A stretch of 57,186 nt of DNA, the filler included, from Sphacelaria rigidula (taxonomy: Eukaryota), in the NCBI GenBank assembly GCA_964200075.2. It is 6 parts of 6 records of this genome, joined end to end, with 100 filler letters (N's around TTAATTAATTAA, not from the genome) between each part and the next. Parts side by side here need not be neighbours in the genome. Positions count along the whole stretch, not along the records: positions 9,549 to 18,996 come from CAXNAA020008472.1; positions 19,097 to 28,544 come from CAXNAA020008473.1; 4 more parts are not named here. One strand, 5' to 3'. The position numbers and the translations under genes were made by a program. Shown one piece after another: positions 13,001-24,100 of this stretch (its first letter is position 1; each line of letters opens with the position of its first letter). The notes below the pieces were generated by a model that did not search any database, was not told the DNA's origin, and saw only the letters and a list, made by a program, of their open reading frames with translations.

Positions 13001-13370
13001 GTGACGAGGAGACACGACCCACGGATTTCCGCCAGTCACAGCACTGCATGCAGCCCGATAATCTCAAACCCCGACCTTGAACTCCCCAAAGTGGTGAAAC
13101 TAACCACGGAATGTATTGCACGGGTGTGTCAAAATTGGGACATTCACTGCGAAAGGGTCAACGTAGTCAGTTGAATCCCCATATCGCCAACGAAGAAGTC
13201 AAATGATTCAAAAAGGCAGTTAGCACATACACAGGAACGCTCTAAATTTAGGACTCAGCGCGCCCATGTTCGATGCTGCTCTCACCGTAGGCATAGAAGA
13301 AGATTTTGTCGAGCACCACAGACGTGTGCGGATGCGCGAAGTAGTGCTCGGGTATGTCGCGATCGATCAT
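10013..13370 (-). CDS. DUF4470-family protein (often MYND-associated), 5' part; exons 13370-13286, 12128-11433, 11203-11039, and a fourth exon ending at 10013 (acceptor uncertain)
   Basis: Spliced: MIDRDIPEHYFAHPHTSVVLDKIFFYAY|GNTPPTDLL...ILCLGCGDIRDVLYT...FVLNDIEPAIHARNLLLL...DIFHK|YHQSG...NPLLL...LHYGAFPLDAFH...GDAINLCDAL...FDVINTSNLVDHLG. The phase-1 junctions are consistent, and the motifs GNTP, LGCGDIR, NDIEPAI.ARN and FDVI.TSNL.DH are typical of this family. Confidence 0.82.
12284..12769. mobile_element. PIF/Harbinger-like foldback MITE in intron 1 of the DUF4470 gene
   Basis: Left end TAA|ggccaactctaatgggag..ttcaaaattcctg is inverted at caggaattttgaacggctcccatcagagtcgggt. The arms are homologous to 41927-42398. 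Confidence 0.65.
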
Positions 13371-15937
13371 GCTGGCGAAATCCCTCGATTAAAAGTTATT
13401 GATACCTGGTGTCGACATGTGCGATGGAAACAAGCATCGTGAACTTATTGATTCATATTATTAGACGAACGTATAGGCCGACCGACGCACACGGCACAAC
13501 CCAATCTTCGCTGCGTCAACACATCGCGGTATGCCTTCGCCACCTCTCAGAACAAGTACGTCCAGCGGGACTCGAAAATCAAAAAGACCTCCCTTCCTAA
13601 TCACACAAGAAGGGGTGAAAGGAGCCGTGTGCCATGCTTCAAACATTAACGACGGGGTCGCCGTGCTCTCTGTAGGCACACCAACTTCGCAAACTTCCGC
13701 CTCATGTATCCCTGCACCAAGTCGTGGTAACTAGGACGGGCGCTGCCACTATTTTATGTACAGACAGTATTTTGACGTACCGTCGAGGCCATCTATAATT
13801 AGATTAATGTATCATGAGCAGGAAGCCTTTGACAAGTTGGTACGAAGCTGATAGTACCGAACTATTTAGCGACGAGTGTTCATCTGCACGGGTATGCCGT
13901 GCGTTAGTGGGATTCACCTGCGAAATACCTACTGGCTGGCTAAGAGGCTAGGAGGGTGCTTCGGGTAACTGCCGACATGGTGAGTGGGAAGTGAAGGTGC
14001 CTGTGCTGCGCATACAAAATGTACTGTCGTCTACAAATGCTATTGCCCCGGACTAGGATACTCGTACAAGATTTGCTTCTTCCTTGGGGGCAGCCTCTGG
14101 CAGCACCAACCACGAGTAGATGGGAGCAGAGAACGTACCGGATTTCGCGAATAGAATCCTTCGGGTTCATCTTCGTGAGCGTAGTCCCTTTCGTAAGCTA
14201 ATCACTCACCTCAAGGCATACTTGCACCGGTGATGGATGACAAGTATCGGGGCATGTAGACTTGGTCTTCCAGCGAAATGATGAAAATCATGAATTTGAC
14301 TGGAAATCCACAACAAAATAATGTTTTGTATGAAATTCATATTCATTATTATTATTTCCGCACATTAGTCCGATCTCGCGAACTGAATATATTCTGATTT
14401 CCGCATTGCTGCTGCTGTCTACAGAAGTGACTCTTCCTGCAGTTGTACGTACCTCGGGACTGAAGGCTCACCGCGTCTAGCCCACGAATTCCGAAAATCA
14501 ACAAAGCATTCAATGCGCATACAAAATATTTGATGCATGCCTGAGTTGTGCGTGCTGCTCAACTGCCCGGATCTCCTTAATCAGGCGTGCGCAAGCAGGT
14601 GGGCCAACCAACGCAACGGCGTGGCATGCGAGTATCGCTGGTGTGTAGCATGCAATTTCCTCACCAGCAACCCGATGACCGCAAGGTGGACCATGTGATG
14701 CTGGCAGTGATTTTTCAAATGAAACGAATGCCGATTCAACAGGCCCTTGCGGTCTAAGTGTTCGGAAGGACCTCGGAAGAACTGAGTGTTGGGTCTCTAC
14801 GGTTGGATCAAGTCACCAATCAATCTGACAAGACCCTTCCTGTCGCTCGCAATCGCTATGCATACCGCAGTCGCTATGCATGGGCATTGTCGTGTAGCTA
14901 TTGTTGCTGTTCTCGCCCCTAGTGTGAGTGGGGAAATCGAAATCGATATATTCCTGGGAGGCTTCTCCCGTGTCTTCTGCAGACGCATCATGACGAAGAC
15001 CTCGGCTCGTCTCCGAAAACTCAAGCAAGGCCGCAATAACCCCCTGTACTATCCTATCATGATGCAGATCGGACCCGGTGGCCGCCTGCCGGGTAAAGAA
15101 GGGTGAAATCGGCTTCATTCGAGGCCATCTACCGTCGTACCAGCAAGCTTTTACCCACACTCCCCACCGGCCAAAAGGTGAGTGGCCTGATTCATCGTAC
15201 GTTCACGGCACGCACAACCTGTAAGTCGCTGTACTGTTGTTGTACATCCTGTGGCCCGAGGTTGCGTTTTGTTCAAGTTTGTGACAGTCCCGTTTACCGT
15301 GGTCTTTGTTCGTACGTTCACAGACAGTCCCGTCCGTCACAGCGTCGCAATTTACTCCCGAGTCATGAGTGTGTTCTGCGAAGCTGGCGCGGTTTTTGCT
15401 GTATCAACGGTTCACTTATTCTTCTTGTACGCATACGTGACTTGAGGAAGGCAACATTGGTTCGGCGCTAGATAGGATAAGCTCATCATCTTTCCAAGGC
15501 ACAGTTTGCACGATCAGCCCAAGGCACGGATAGAGGCAAGTGGCACGCCCTAATTTCGCGTGCAAAACACAGCTGCGATGCCAGTAGGAACACCTGGCCA
15601 TCCTGTAAGCACTGCACAACCTCAGTAGCATGAAGACCTTCTTGCACGTGGCCCTGCCCCGTCGCGTCAGTTATGAACACTTCATACTTCACACAGCTAC
15701 AGACACTAGGCGTATTCTGGGCCTCACGTGCTTCACGAGTTCGTAGCAATGGGCTTCTCCGGGACTTTAAGCCTATGGCCACCAGGGTGATCATCCGAGT
15801 CCTTCAGTTTCAAGTTACTGAAAGAGTAAAAAACTGCCAGCCCCAGGCCAAGAGATGGCCCACTTTGACTTCAAAAGGCTCGACAAACCTCTATCGTAGG
15901 CAAGATGGCCAGCATGCCCGCCTTGAAGTGTGGAGCG

Positions 15938-16009
15938 TCCCTCATAGTCCAATGGTTAGGATATCTGACTCTCACTCAGGAGACCCGGGTTCAATTCCCG
16001 GTGAGGGAG
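15938..16009 (+). tRNA. tRNA-Glu (anticodon CTC)
   Basis: Acceptor stem TCCCTCA/TGAGGGA; D-arm AGTCCAATGGTTAGGAT; anticodon arm TCTGA-CTCTCAC-TCAGG; T-arm CCGGG-TTCAATT-CCCGG. Length 72 nt, with TTTT just downstream. Confidence 0.92.
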
Positions 16010-16469
16010 TATATTTTGCACCGACTGAGTCGTCATGTTTTGGCCGATTCGTGCACTGTTCTTGGTGGAGTTGTTATTGGTGGTGTTTCTGTTGTTGTTC
16101 AATTCCCGGCGAGAGAGGATATTTTTCACCGACTAAATCTTTACATATTGGCCTATTCGTCCGCTGTTCTTTGTAGAGTCGCTGTTGTTGTTGTCGCTGT
16201 TTTCACATTAAATGCCATCCCGATATCTGCCCAGTACTCTGTACTCGGCATCTGATGCGGACACCTTCTTCCGTGGTCACAGGCAGAGTACGTACGAATA
16301 CCTGTATTCTCTTCTCTGAGGCCGTGTTTCATACTGTAAAAACAAATCGAATCGAAGGTTCGTACGGCGGAATTGATCTAGTTTGTTTCCCTGTGTTTGG
16401 GTCCGAGCGACTTTGCACGTTTTGGATCGAAAAGGCGAAACAAAATTTGTGAACCGGTACTTACTTGTG

Positions 16470-17055
16470 TTCAATACGGACAGCAGTACAGAAAGTGCAC
16501 ATTACATGCTACCTGTGCACAGAGTGTTTCGTACAGCATGCAGGCGCCACATGGAAAAGAAGCGGGTAACGTGACGTACAGGAGGATGCGAAGAAGATTT
16601 GAATCACGCGCAGTTTTGCACTGCTTCTGCTGTCCATGAGCTTGTTCGCAATACAGTCGCCGACCCCAGCATTCAACTGTCAGTGGACTCTACCACAAAA
16701 TGAGATGCCCAAGTTTTTGCCAACAGAAAAGAAACACATCATACCAAGAGGGTTGTGATTTCGGCTTCCTCTCACTACAGTGTATGCACCCCTGTGCTTA
16801 GCTCGTGTTGTATGCTGCAGGGTTGAGTTGGTAGCTGCGAATTAACCATATGGATTTTGCATAGAACCGTGAAAGGGTGGGATCTGGCATGGTTGTCTGC
16901 AAGATAAGAGTCATGCGCCCCTTTCATTCATTTCCGCCGCGTGTTTCACTCGAAATAGCTGAGCTTTTCTGTTTTTGATCCTGCCCGTCGCGCGCAAGTA
17001 ATTACAAAATGAACTTGAAGCAATCTGAGAACATATATGTCGTGGAGGTATATCG
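16470..17055 (+). repeat. Second, uninterrupted copy of the dispersed repeat at 3250-4135
   Basis: Colinear with 3250-4135 but reads aaaatgaacttgaag-caatctgagaaca with no insert. Confidence 0.8.
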
Positions 17056-17668
17056 TAGTGACCAATTCGATTTGACAGTGCAATTGGTCTCGCATGCGTC
17101 AACGTACCATACGCAATTAACCAAGGAATAATATGTCCTTCCGCTTCGTCTGGATTGATCACGATTAATCTCTGTCGGGTTACCAGGGCTCATCGGGTTG
17201 CAACTACGGCGCAGCTCCCTAATTGTACTCAAGTGAAGTAGTAATTTCGTTGTCGCTGCGTTTAAACCCGTTGTGAGAAGCCTGCCATGCTACGTGGAAG
17301 ATGCAGGCAGCCCCCATGACAGCCCCCGCAAAACAAAACACCGCCGTACATAATATCTGACCAACTAAAGCTTGTCCATTTATGTAGAACAGGTGGCCGA
17401 AATAGGAAGTTTATCGACGATGTTGATATGACTGCTCAATCACCCCAACTATTCCGCTCCCAGGCAACCATTGGACGATGCTGCCACAACAAGCACTACT
17501 GTTGTCTGTGCACTACATTGTTCGCAGAGTGGTATCACACATGGGATGCACACCCAATATTATGGTATGAAAGATGAGCAGTCTACTCGCGAGAGACCTT
17601 GGGGAGGCTCCTCTCCGAGATGCAACAATGCTCGTGCACTCAGTTAATGCTCGTTCGCCGAGCGGGAA

Positions 17669-18248
17669 CGAGCTGGGCCAGCTTACAAGCTGCTAAAACT
17701 TGCTCACACCACAGCTTCCCCCGTTTCCCGAATGAACCCGATGTAAGCATATCATTGTGAAGTTTAGACCAACCTGGTGAAACACGGCACCGCCGCTGAA
17801 TGAAAAAAGTAAATGAAAAAAGTGTACTACATAGTGTATGACCTTAACGACGGACGAAAAAAAAGAGAATATGTCGGGATTCGAACCCATGACCTCCATA
17901 ATTGGAGTCTCCCATCACTTCATTCAAAGGGGTGCAGCAGCGTCACGGAAAATGTTGGACGCCCGGCCCAACACGACGAGTCTTGAGCTGAAATTCAGGA
18001 AGACCATCTGCACCCAAGGAACTGATACTTTACGAGTCCAGCTGCAGATTCTCCTTTTTTCCCTGGACTTGAGGCATTATCTTGTTTTTGCTGAAATTTC
18101 GAATGCCCATAACTTCTTATTTTTTCTGGATCCGTGATCTTCCGAATTTTGATCATGAAAAGCCGCTGTCAAAATTTCAGCGTCCAACTCCTAATATCGC
18201 GCCGTGCGTGAGCGAGATTCACACCTGTCCTTGGCTGGCCCCAGCTCG
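17669..18248. mobile_element. Tc1/mariner-type MITE (TIR CGAGCTGGGCCAG), copy 1, with internal tRNA-like segment
   Basis: Ends are cgagctgggccagc ... gctggccccagctcg|TA. The body is homologous to 20472-21064. Confidence 0.72.
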
Positions 18249-18591
18249 TAGCTGCGGCGAAGACAAGTTTCCCTATGGCATTCGTACATACACTATGCAT
18301 GATTAGTCCAACAGTGTCGACCAATGAGCAGCGTGAAGCGCGGTTCCCGCCCTGTCCCCGTCCCCCTCTACTTTTCCCGTTAAGGAATCTTGGAGCACCC
18401 GCCCCGCCTCTTGCATGTACGGTCGTGATCCGCCATCTGCTTCGGAAGGAATCTCCACACTTCTCGTCTCCATCGTGTTTATTTTTGGGGTAGCGACTGA
18501 TGGGTTCCACTTTCCACCCTGTCGGTAATCTGTACATGAACAAGCGTACGTTGGGAAGAAAGAGCAAGATTTATGTTGACCGGAGCGAGAA

Positions 18592-18996
18592 GGTGCACTC
18601 ATTATCCTGCATGCCGTAGTCGTAAGGCCATTGAATTGCAGCCCTACGAAGCCGAGACGGAGCACGCCGGGTCTTCACCGGACCGGGCTCGCAATCAACC
18701 AGCGCGAAGCACCGTGGTGTGTTCGACGAGTAGCATGAAGGGTAAGCTGCATCCTGCGAACATTGTTCGGCCCGGAGCGCACTGATCATCTTGCATTTGG
18801 ATGGCAGCCTAGAATGAGTTGCTTTATTTTCTGGTAGCGTCACTTCCAGACAGCCACGGCTTACACACTGCCTCATGGGTATCGCACCATTTGGGGCGAG
18901 GGGTGTACTCATGATCATGCATGTCATAGTCATCAAACCATTGACTTCGCATCCCTGCAAAGCCGGGACGGAGCACGCTGGGTTTTCGCCGGACCA
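18592..18996 (+). repeat. Two tandem copies of an abundant short interspersed repeat (gtgtactcatgatcatgcatg...ccggacca); other copies at ~27110-27215 (-), 34926-35102, 41684-41786, 47513-47548
   Basis: The motif tgtactcatgatcatgcatg.cat...cattgac.t.gcatcc...aagccgggacggagcacgc.ggg..ttcgccggacc recurs in four contigs. Confidence 0.8.
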
Positions 18997-19096
18997 NNNN
19001 NNNNNNNNNNNNNNNNNNNNNNNNNNNNNNNNNNNNNNNNTTAATTAATTAANNNNNNNNNNNNNNNNNNNNNNNNNNNNNNNNNNNNNNNNNNNN
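18997..19096. other. Artificial contig spacer
   Basis: N44-TTAATTAATTAA-N44. Confidence 0.98.
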
Positions 19097-19204
19097 TATT
19101 ATTGTTATTATCATTATTATTATTATTGTTGTTATTATCATTATTATTATCATTATTATTATTATTATTGTTATTATTTCCGCACATTAGTCCGATCTCG
19201 CGAA
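19097..19204 (-). repeat. (ATT)n microsatellite plus conserved 28-bp flank; probable retroposon 3' end with (TAA)n tail (second copy 14345-14382)
   Basis: attattatttccgcacattagtccgatctcgcgaa occurs at both 14345-14382 and ~19172-19204. Confidence 0.55.
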
Positions 19205-20471
19205 ACCGTAGTCACAGACGTAGGCTCGCCTTATCAATACCGTCCCTGTTATCCCTTACAAGACACACTACCAAAGATAAAAACAAGAAGAGAGACGCCA
19301 CGAAAACCGTTGAGAAGTACGATAGCTCCCCCGAGTTCAACGGGGGAAAGAAAAGAAATAAAGAAAAACGAACAAACACACAAACAACAAACGCCAGATC
19401 TGTCAAAAATGTACACCGAAAGGAAGGAAGAGAGAAGATAATAGAAGACAAAACAGGTCCGACACAATGGGATAGTAGAAGGTTCGTCGCTGCGTATCGA
19501 GTGTGACGTGCATGTCATACTCTTGCCGCCGCTGCAGTGCCGGCAGGGCGTTTTCTTTCCAGTTGCTTCTCGGCCAAGGTGGACGACATTTACGTGTTTG
19601 CATCAAAAACCGTATTCGGGGAAGGTGCTATGCTGCCAATTTTGAGGGCCTTGACTTACCGGTAATATGTGATCATGCATCTATTATAGCTGCAACTGGA
19701 AATCTTACCGGCAGGTACGCGAACGACACCGCAGATTTGGTCCGTACCCATGCCCAATGTTGCGCTTTTCACAGTTGGAAGATAAAGCTTTCCATGCGTG
19801 TTCCTGAGGGAAAACCTGAGGTCATCTGTGACTATATCTATAAATACTGACATTTCGCTCTGCTTCATCCGTTTTTTGGGGTCCACGACCCGAGTGGGGA
19901 GAACGAAACCGCGCTTCGCCCTTGTATGTGGCTTTGTGCTGGATGCACACGGCTGTCAGCGGTGAGCGTCAACTGCAAAACCTTGCGGCGGCACTGTTAC
20001 GGCAAGAAGATTCCAGAGACAGTGGTGTTAACTTTCAGAGATTCACTCACCCTAAATAACACACACTTTGAGATGCCCCCTCAGTACACCTCCAGCGCCT
20101 CACCACGGATCTGCGCTAATAATGAAGCCAAGTCGATTCTTTTTCACTTTGGTTGTCTGCACCTGCTTGGTGTGCTATGAGGAAAAGAATTGCCGATAAT
20201 TTTTGCGGTTTCTGCCATGTATCAGCTTGCATTGTCATTCCCCAAAAATTTCCCCGACTGCCGATTTTTTCTCTTGTTCTGTCGGGGACAAGGACTAGAA
20301 CGCGGTGCCGTTCTCCTACCACCAGTGGACTTATCGACTCAACTACAGTAGTGCCTTGCTTCGAAACAAGAATTAGACTCCGTTGAATCGATAGATTTAC
20401 TTCGATCACCACGTCTCGCGCCTATGTTTCCAACCGAAATCTACAGCAATTGGCAAAGATTATCAACTATA

Positions 20472-21064
20472 CGAGCTGGGCCAGTAGTAAATCCCGCATG
20501 CGCTTTCCACATCGCAACCTCTCAAGTTTCCCAAATCAGCGCGACGTGAGCATATCGCTGTGAACTGCACACGGTACCGCGGCTCAATGAAGAACAAATA
20601 TAAAAAAAAATGAACTGCATAATGTATGACCTTAACGACGGAACAAAAAAAAAGAGATAATTTGTCGAGATTCGAACTCATGACCTCCATAACTGGAGTC
20701 TCCTGAATCAGTTTAATTAATGGGGCGCGGCAGTGTCACAAAAAGTGCGATGCGGCGCCCAATTTCAGTTTTTTTTGGTTGAAACTTCACCAGGATGTCC
20801 TGGACGTAAGTGCCCACAACATTTTCCAGAATGCAGTCGTTTTCATCATTTTTTTGCCGAGTTATAGCATTTTTCCTGTTTTTGCTGAAACTTCAACTCG
20901 TTCTAACTTTCTGTTTTTTTCTTGCTTTCCTCTGCACCCCCAACAGTGTTGCGCGGGTTGATGATAAAAGTTGTCGTGTCACAAAGTTCCAGTGCCTAAC
21001 TCTTCGAATTACCAATCGCATCGCCAGGATTCCTTCAAAAATCACTGTCAGCTGGCCCAGGTCG
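20472..21064. mobile_element. Tc1/mariner-type MITE, copy 2, with TA TSDs on both sides
   Basis: TA|CGAGCTGGGCCAG ... CTGGCCCAGGTCG|TA (13-bp TIR, 1 mismatch), 593 bp. Confidence 0.78.
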
Positions 21065-21190
21065 TATGAGATTTGCGTGCATCACATTCCGCAAACTACA
21101 GCATGATACAGTATGTACCTCAGTGTTGTGTTTGCTCTCGTTTCACGCGTTTCCCCCGCAAAAACACATTTTCGTGACCCGCTCTGCCAG

Positions 21191-24100
21191 GTGCGAGGAT
21201 TACGACTGGGCCCTGTCTCCTTATCAGAGGTGGACGCATCTGTCTACGACACGGCTCCGGCGGACCCCAGCAAACGCGGCGTGCGGCTTACGATACGCGG
21301 CGGCGTAACGTCGAGCCTGAGCTTTTCCGTAGAAAACGGCGGAGCCGTCAACCCTTTCACAACCGGCAGGTGATCTTGTCCTTGTGGGGCGATATGATAT
21401 ACCGTCCAGTATCCTCCATAATTGCCGATCTGGTTTTCTGCTCTTTCTGTCAGTAACTTCGTGAAATTGGCGTTGCTACTCTGGAAGGCAAAACCTGTAG
21501 TGCGGAAGCCACGCTTGGCGTTGGATGCGTCAAGTTTTCTAGGGTCTACGGCACAAAAATGTCGACTACGGATTTCACAGACAGCTCGGGTCTCTCCGGT
21601 CGCAGACGCCGCTGATACTGTCTACGTCACGACAATGTATGAAGTGTAAAGGGCCGAATAGTTGTGTGTCGTGTCTGCACAACAATTGTTTCCGATCTCG
21701 GCTCTGGTCAGTATATTCACCAGGTGCTTGGTTGCAGCGCGCGGCCGACGCCGAAATGCACATGGTTATGCTATGTCAGATGGCAGTGCTTGAGCCGACT
21801 ACACGCTAGAGTGATCAATGCGATAACCAATTGACATGAAAGTGGGGGCTCTCAGCTTATGGTCGCGGCCATTCGTAACCGTGATTTTGCCGTACGCATC
21901 AGACAACATTACGCTGACCTTGGGCAAAAATGGCATTTTAGCACACCCTGGAGAAAAGATTTCATTGTCAAAAAGTGTACTGGGTACAGTACGGAATCCA
22001 TTGTCTATCGCCATGGTCTATTGCAATAGACAATGGATTCCATACTGTGCACAGTACAATTTTTGACAATGAAACCTAGTGTCCAGGGTGTGCATTTCAG
22101 AGACGGTGGAGGTTTTCACGAAAAGTTTAACCCCAAAAGGTGATTCCGCCTCGGAAGGGATGCGTGGTCAATGGTCAAACGACTAAGGCAAGCAAAAAAC
22201 GAGTACGCCACAAGGTGACTGCTCAAATGTTGAAGCACCTCAACTTCCGTCCTACACGTGTAACCAACATCTGACGTAGCCCATGTGAACATATGAAACC
22301 TCACCTTCTAGTCGATACCACCGCTGTAAGTAAATTTCCAAAGCCCGTGCGTCATACCAGTTCAAACAAGCATCCTGCAATCTTTTGGGGGGGTGCAATA
22401 GGACTTTATCCCGTACGGCTTGCACCTATGTACATGCAATATGTATGCGTGAGGCAGCGGGCGAGCGCCGGTTTACCCGTGTGTTTGTTTCTGTTGATGG
22501 TTTCCTCTGTGCCAGGGGTGGGGAGTGTTACGACGTCACAATGACCACTGAGCTACTGAGTCAGCGCTGACTACGTGGCTCAGTCATGTGCAAAAACTGT
22601 GGTTATTGTAACGTCTCATCGAGGGCTGGTCCGGTGGTGCTACTTTCCCCATGATCGCCTTGGCCAGTTTCTCTGACATGGTGAAGAAATAGTGAAGAGC
22701 ACACTACGGTGCGGTGAAAACGCGCTAGGCAAGAAAAAGCACAATAAACCCAACATGGTAGCAGCCCTGATAGCAGGAATGACAACAGTGGGGCAAAGCG
22801 GGGAGTTCGATTAATAGGCTCAAAAGCTTGGACGGACCGCGGAGAGTAACATTTGCCAACAAGGCACAAGAACCACTGAGTTACTCAATCAGCGGTGATT
22901 GAGTAGGTCAGTCGTTACTATGACATCTTAACCACACTGCATGCACGAGGTCCGTCAAACCTGTCGGGCCGGTAGTTCCAACTTCCTGTTTTGCCCTGGG
23001 GTTGTCAGGCCTGTAGTCAACGGTGACTGAGTAGCTCAGTGGTTATTGTGACATCTTGACGTCTTATCAGGCAGCACCAGGGGCAGTCCGTGTACAAACG
23101 CGCATCGGGCATTTATGGATATATGCATCCTCCTGCATGCTGACGGGGTCACTGCGCGATCGAGTCGCTTTTAGTGTAGGCAAGCCTGTATTGATTCTGC
23201 CACGCTCTGTACTTCCGTTCACGTGTCCCTCGTGCTTGATGTTTGTTGTTTTGTTGTTTTGTTCCCCCCTCTCCTTTCGGCTATCAATCTCCTTTCGGCT
23301 ATCAAAATAGACGAAAAAGGAGACGGGGATAAAAAAACATGAAGCAAACACGAACGGACACTTTGACCTCGACTTAGGGTAGAGGCTGATTGATGCCTAA
23401 ACAATTGTTTTCCGGGTAGCAACATGTTTTTTTTTCCGAACAAAATGTTTAATGCCTACATACTTCCCACCCCACCCCACCCCAAAACATCGCGGGCATC
23501 AACCACCATTCGAACAGAGTTGTCATACCAGATGCCAGCCAGGTGGTGACCACGGTTCATGGACTCCGCCTGAGAGCAGGGCGCATAGAGGCGCGGCTGT
23601 GCGACCGCAATGCTGGCAGCCGCGGAAATCTTCTGCTGCGAATCTGCCGCGTCGCCCTGGAACAAGGGACAGGAGACCACGCTGCCCAGGTGTCGGTTGG
23701 CCACGCCACCTCCGAAACGCCTCCTTGTACTCGTGGTCGCAGCAGCGGTGGTGTGAGGGAGGGAAATACTCATGTCGATGGCGATGCGCGACAGCAAGGC
23801 AGCGGTGGTGAAGGTGCGACGGCTGCCGGTATCGGAATAATGGGGCGCGGCAGCGGCGGTCAAGGCGGGGGTGAGCATATGTATGCCAGCGATGACTCCA
23901 GCAGTAGCAGCAGCAGTGATGGCAGTAGTGGTAGTAGCAATGGCGGCAACGGAAAGCGTCGGGAACGACAATTGGAGTTTGAGGCGACGGCTGCGACGAA
24001 AGACGGAGGAGATTGTGGCGATGGTCTGTGCGGCGCAGGCGAAACCGCCGTCGCAGACACCGAAGGACCCGGAGGGTTGTGGATTACACGCGGAGGTGTA

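Noticed and set aside
14980-15810. Possible exons upstream of the tRNA
   Set aside because: There is a donor-like site (aag|gtgagt) but the frames contain stops and no recognisable motif.
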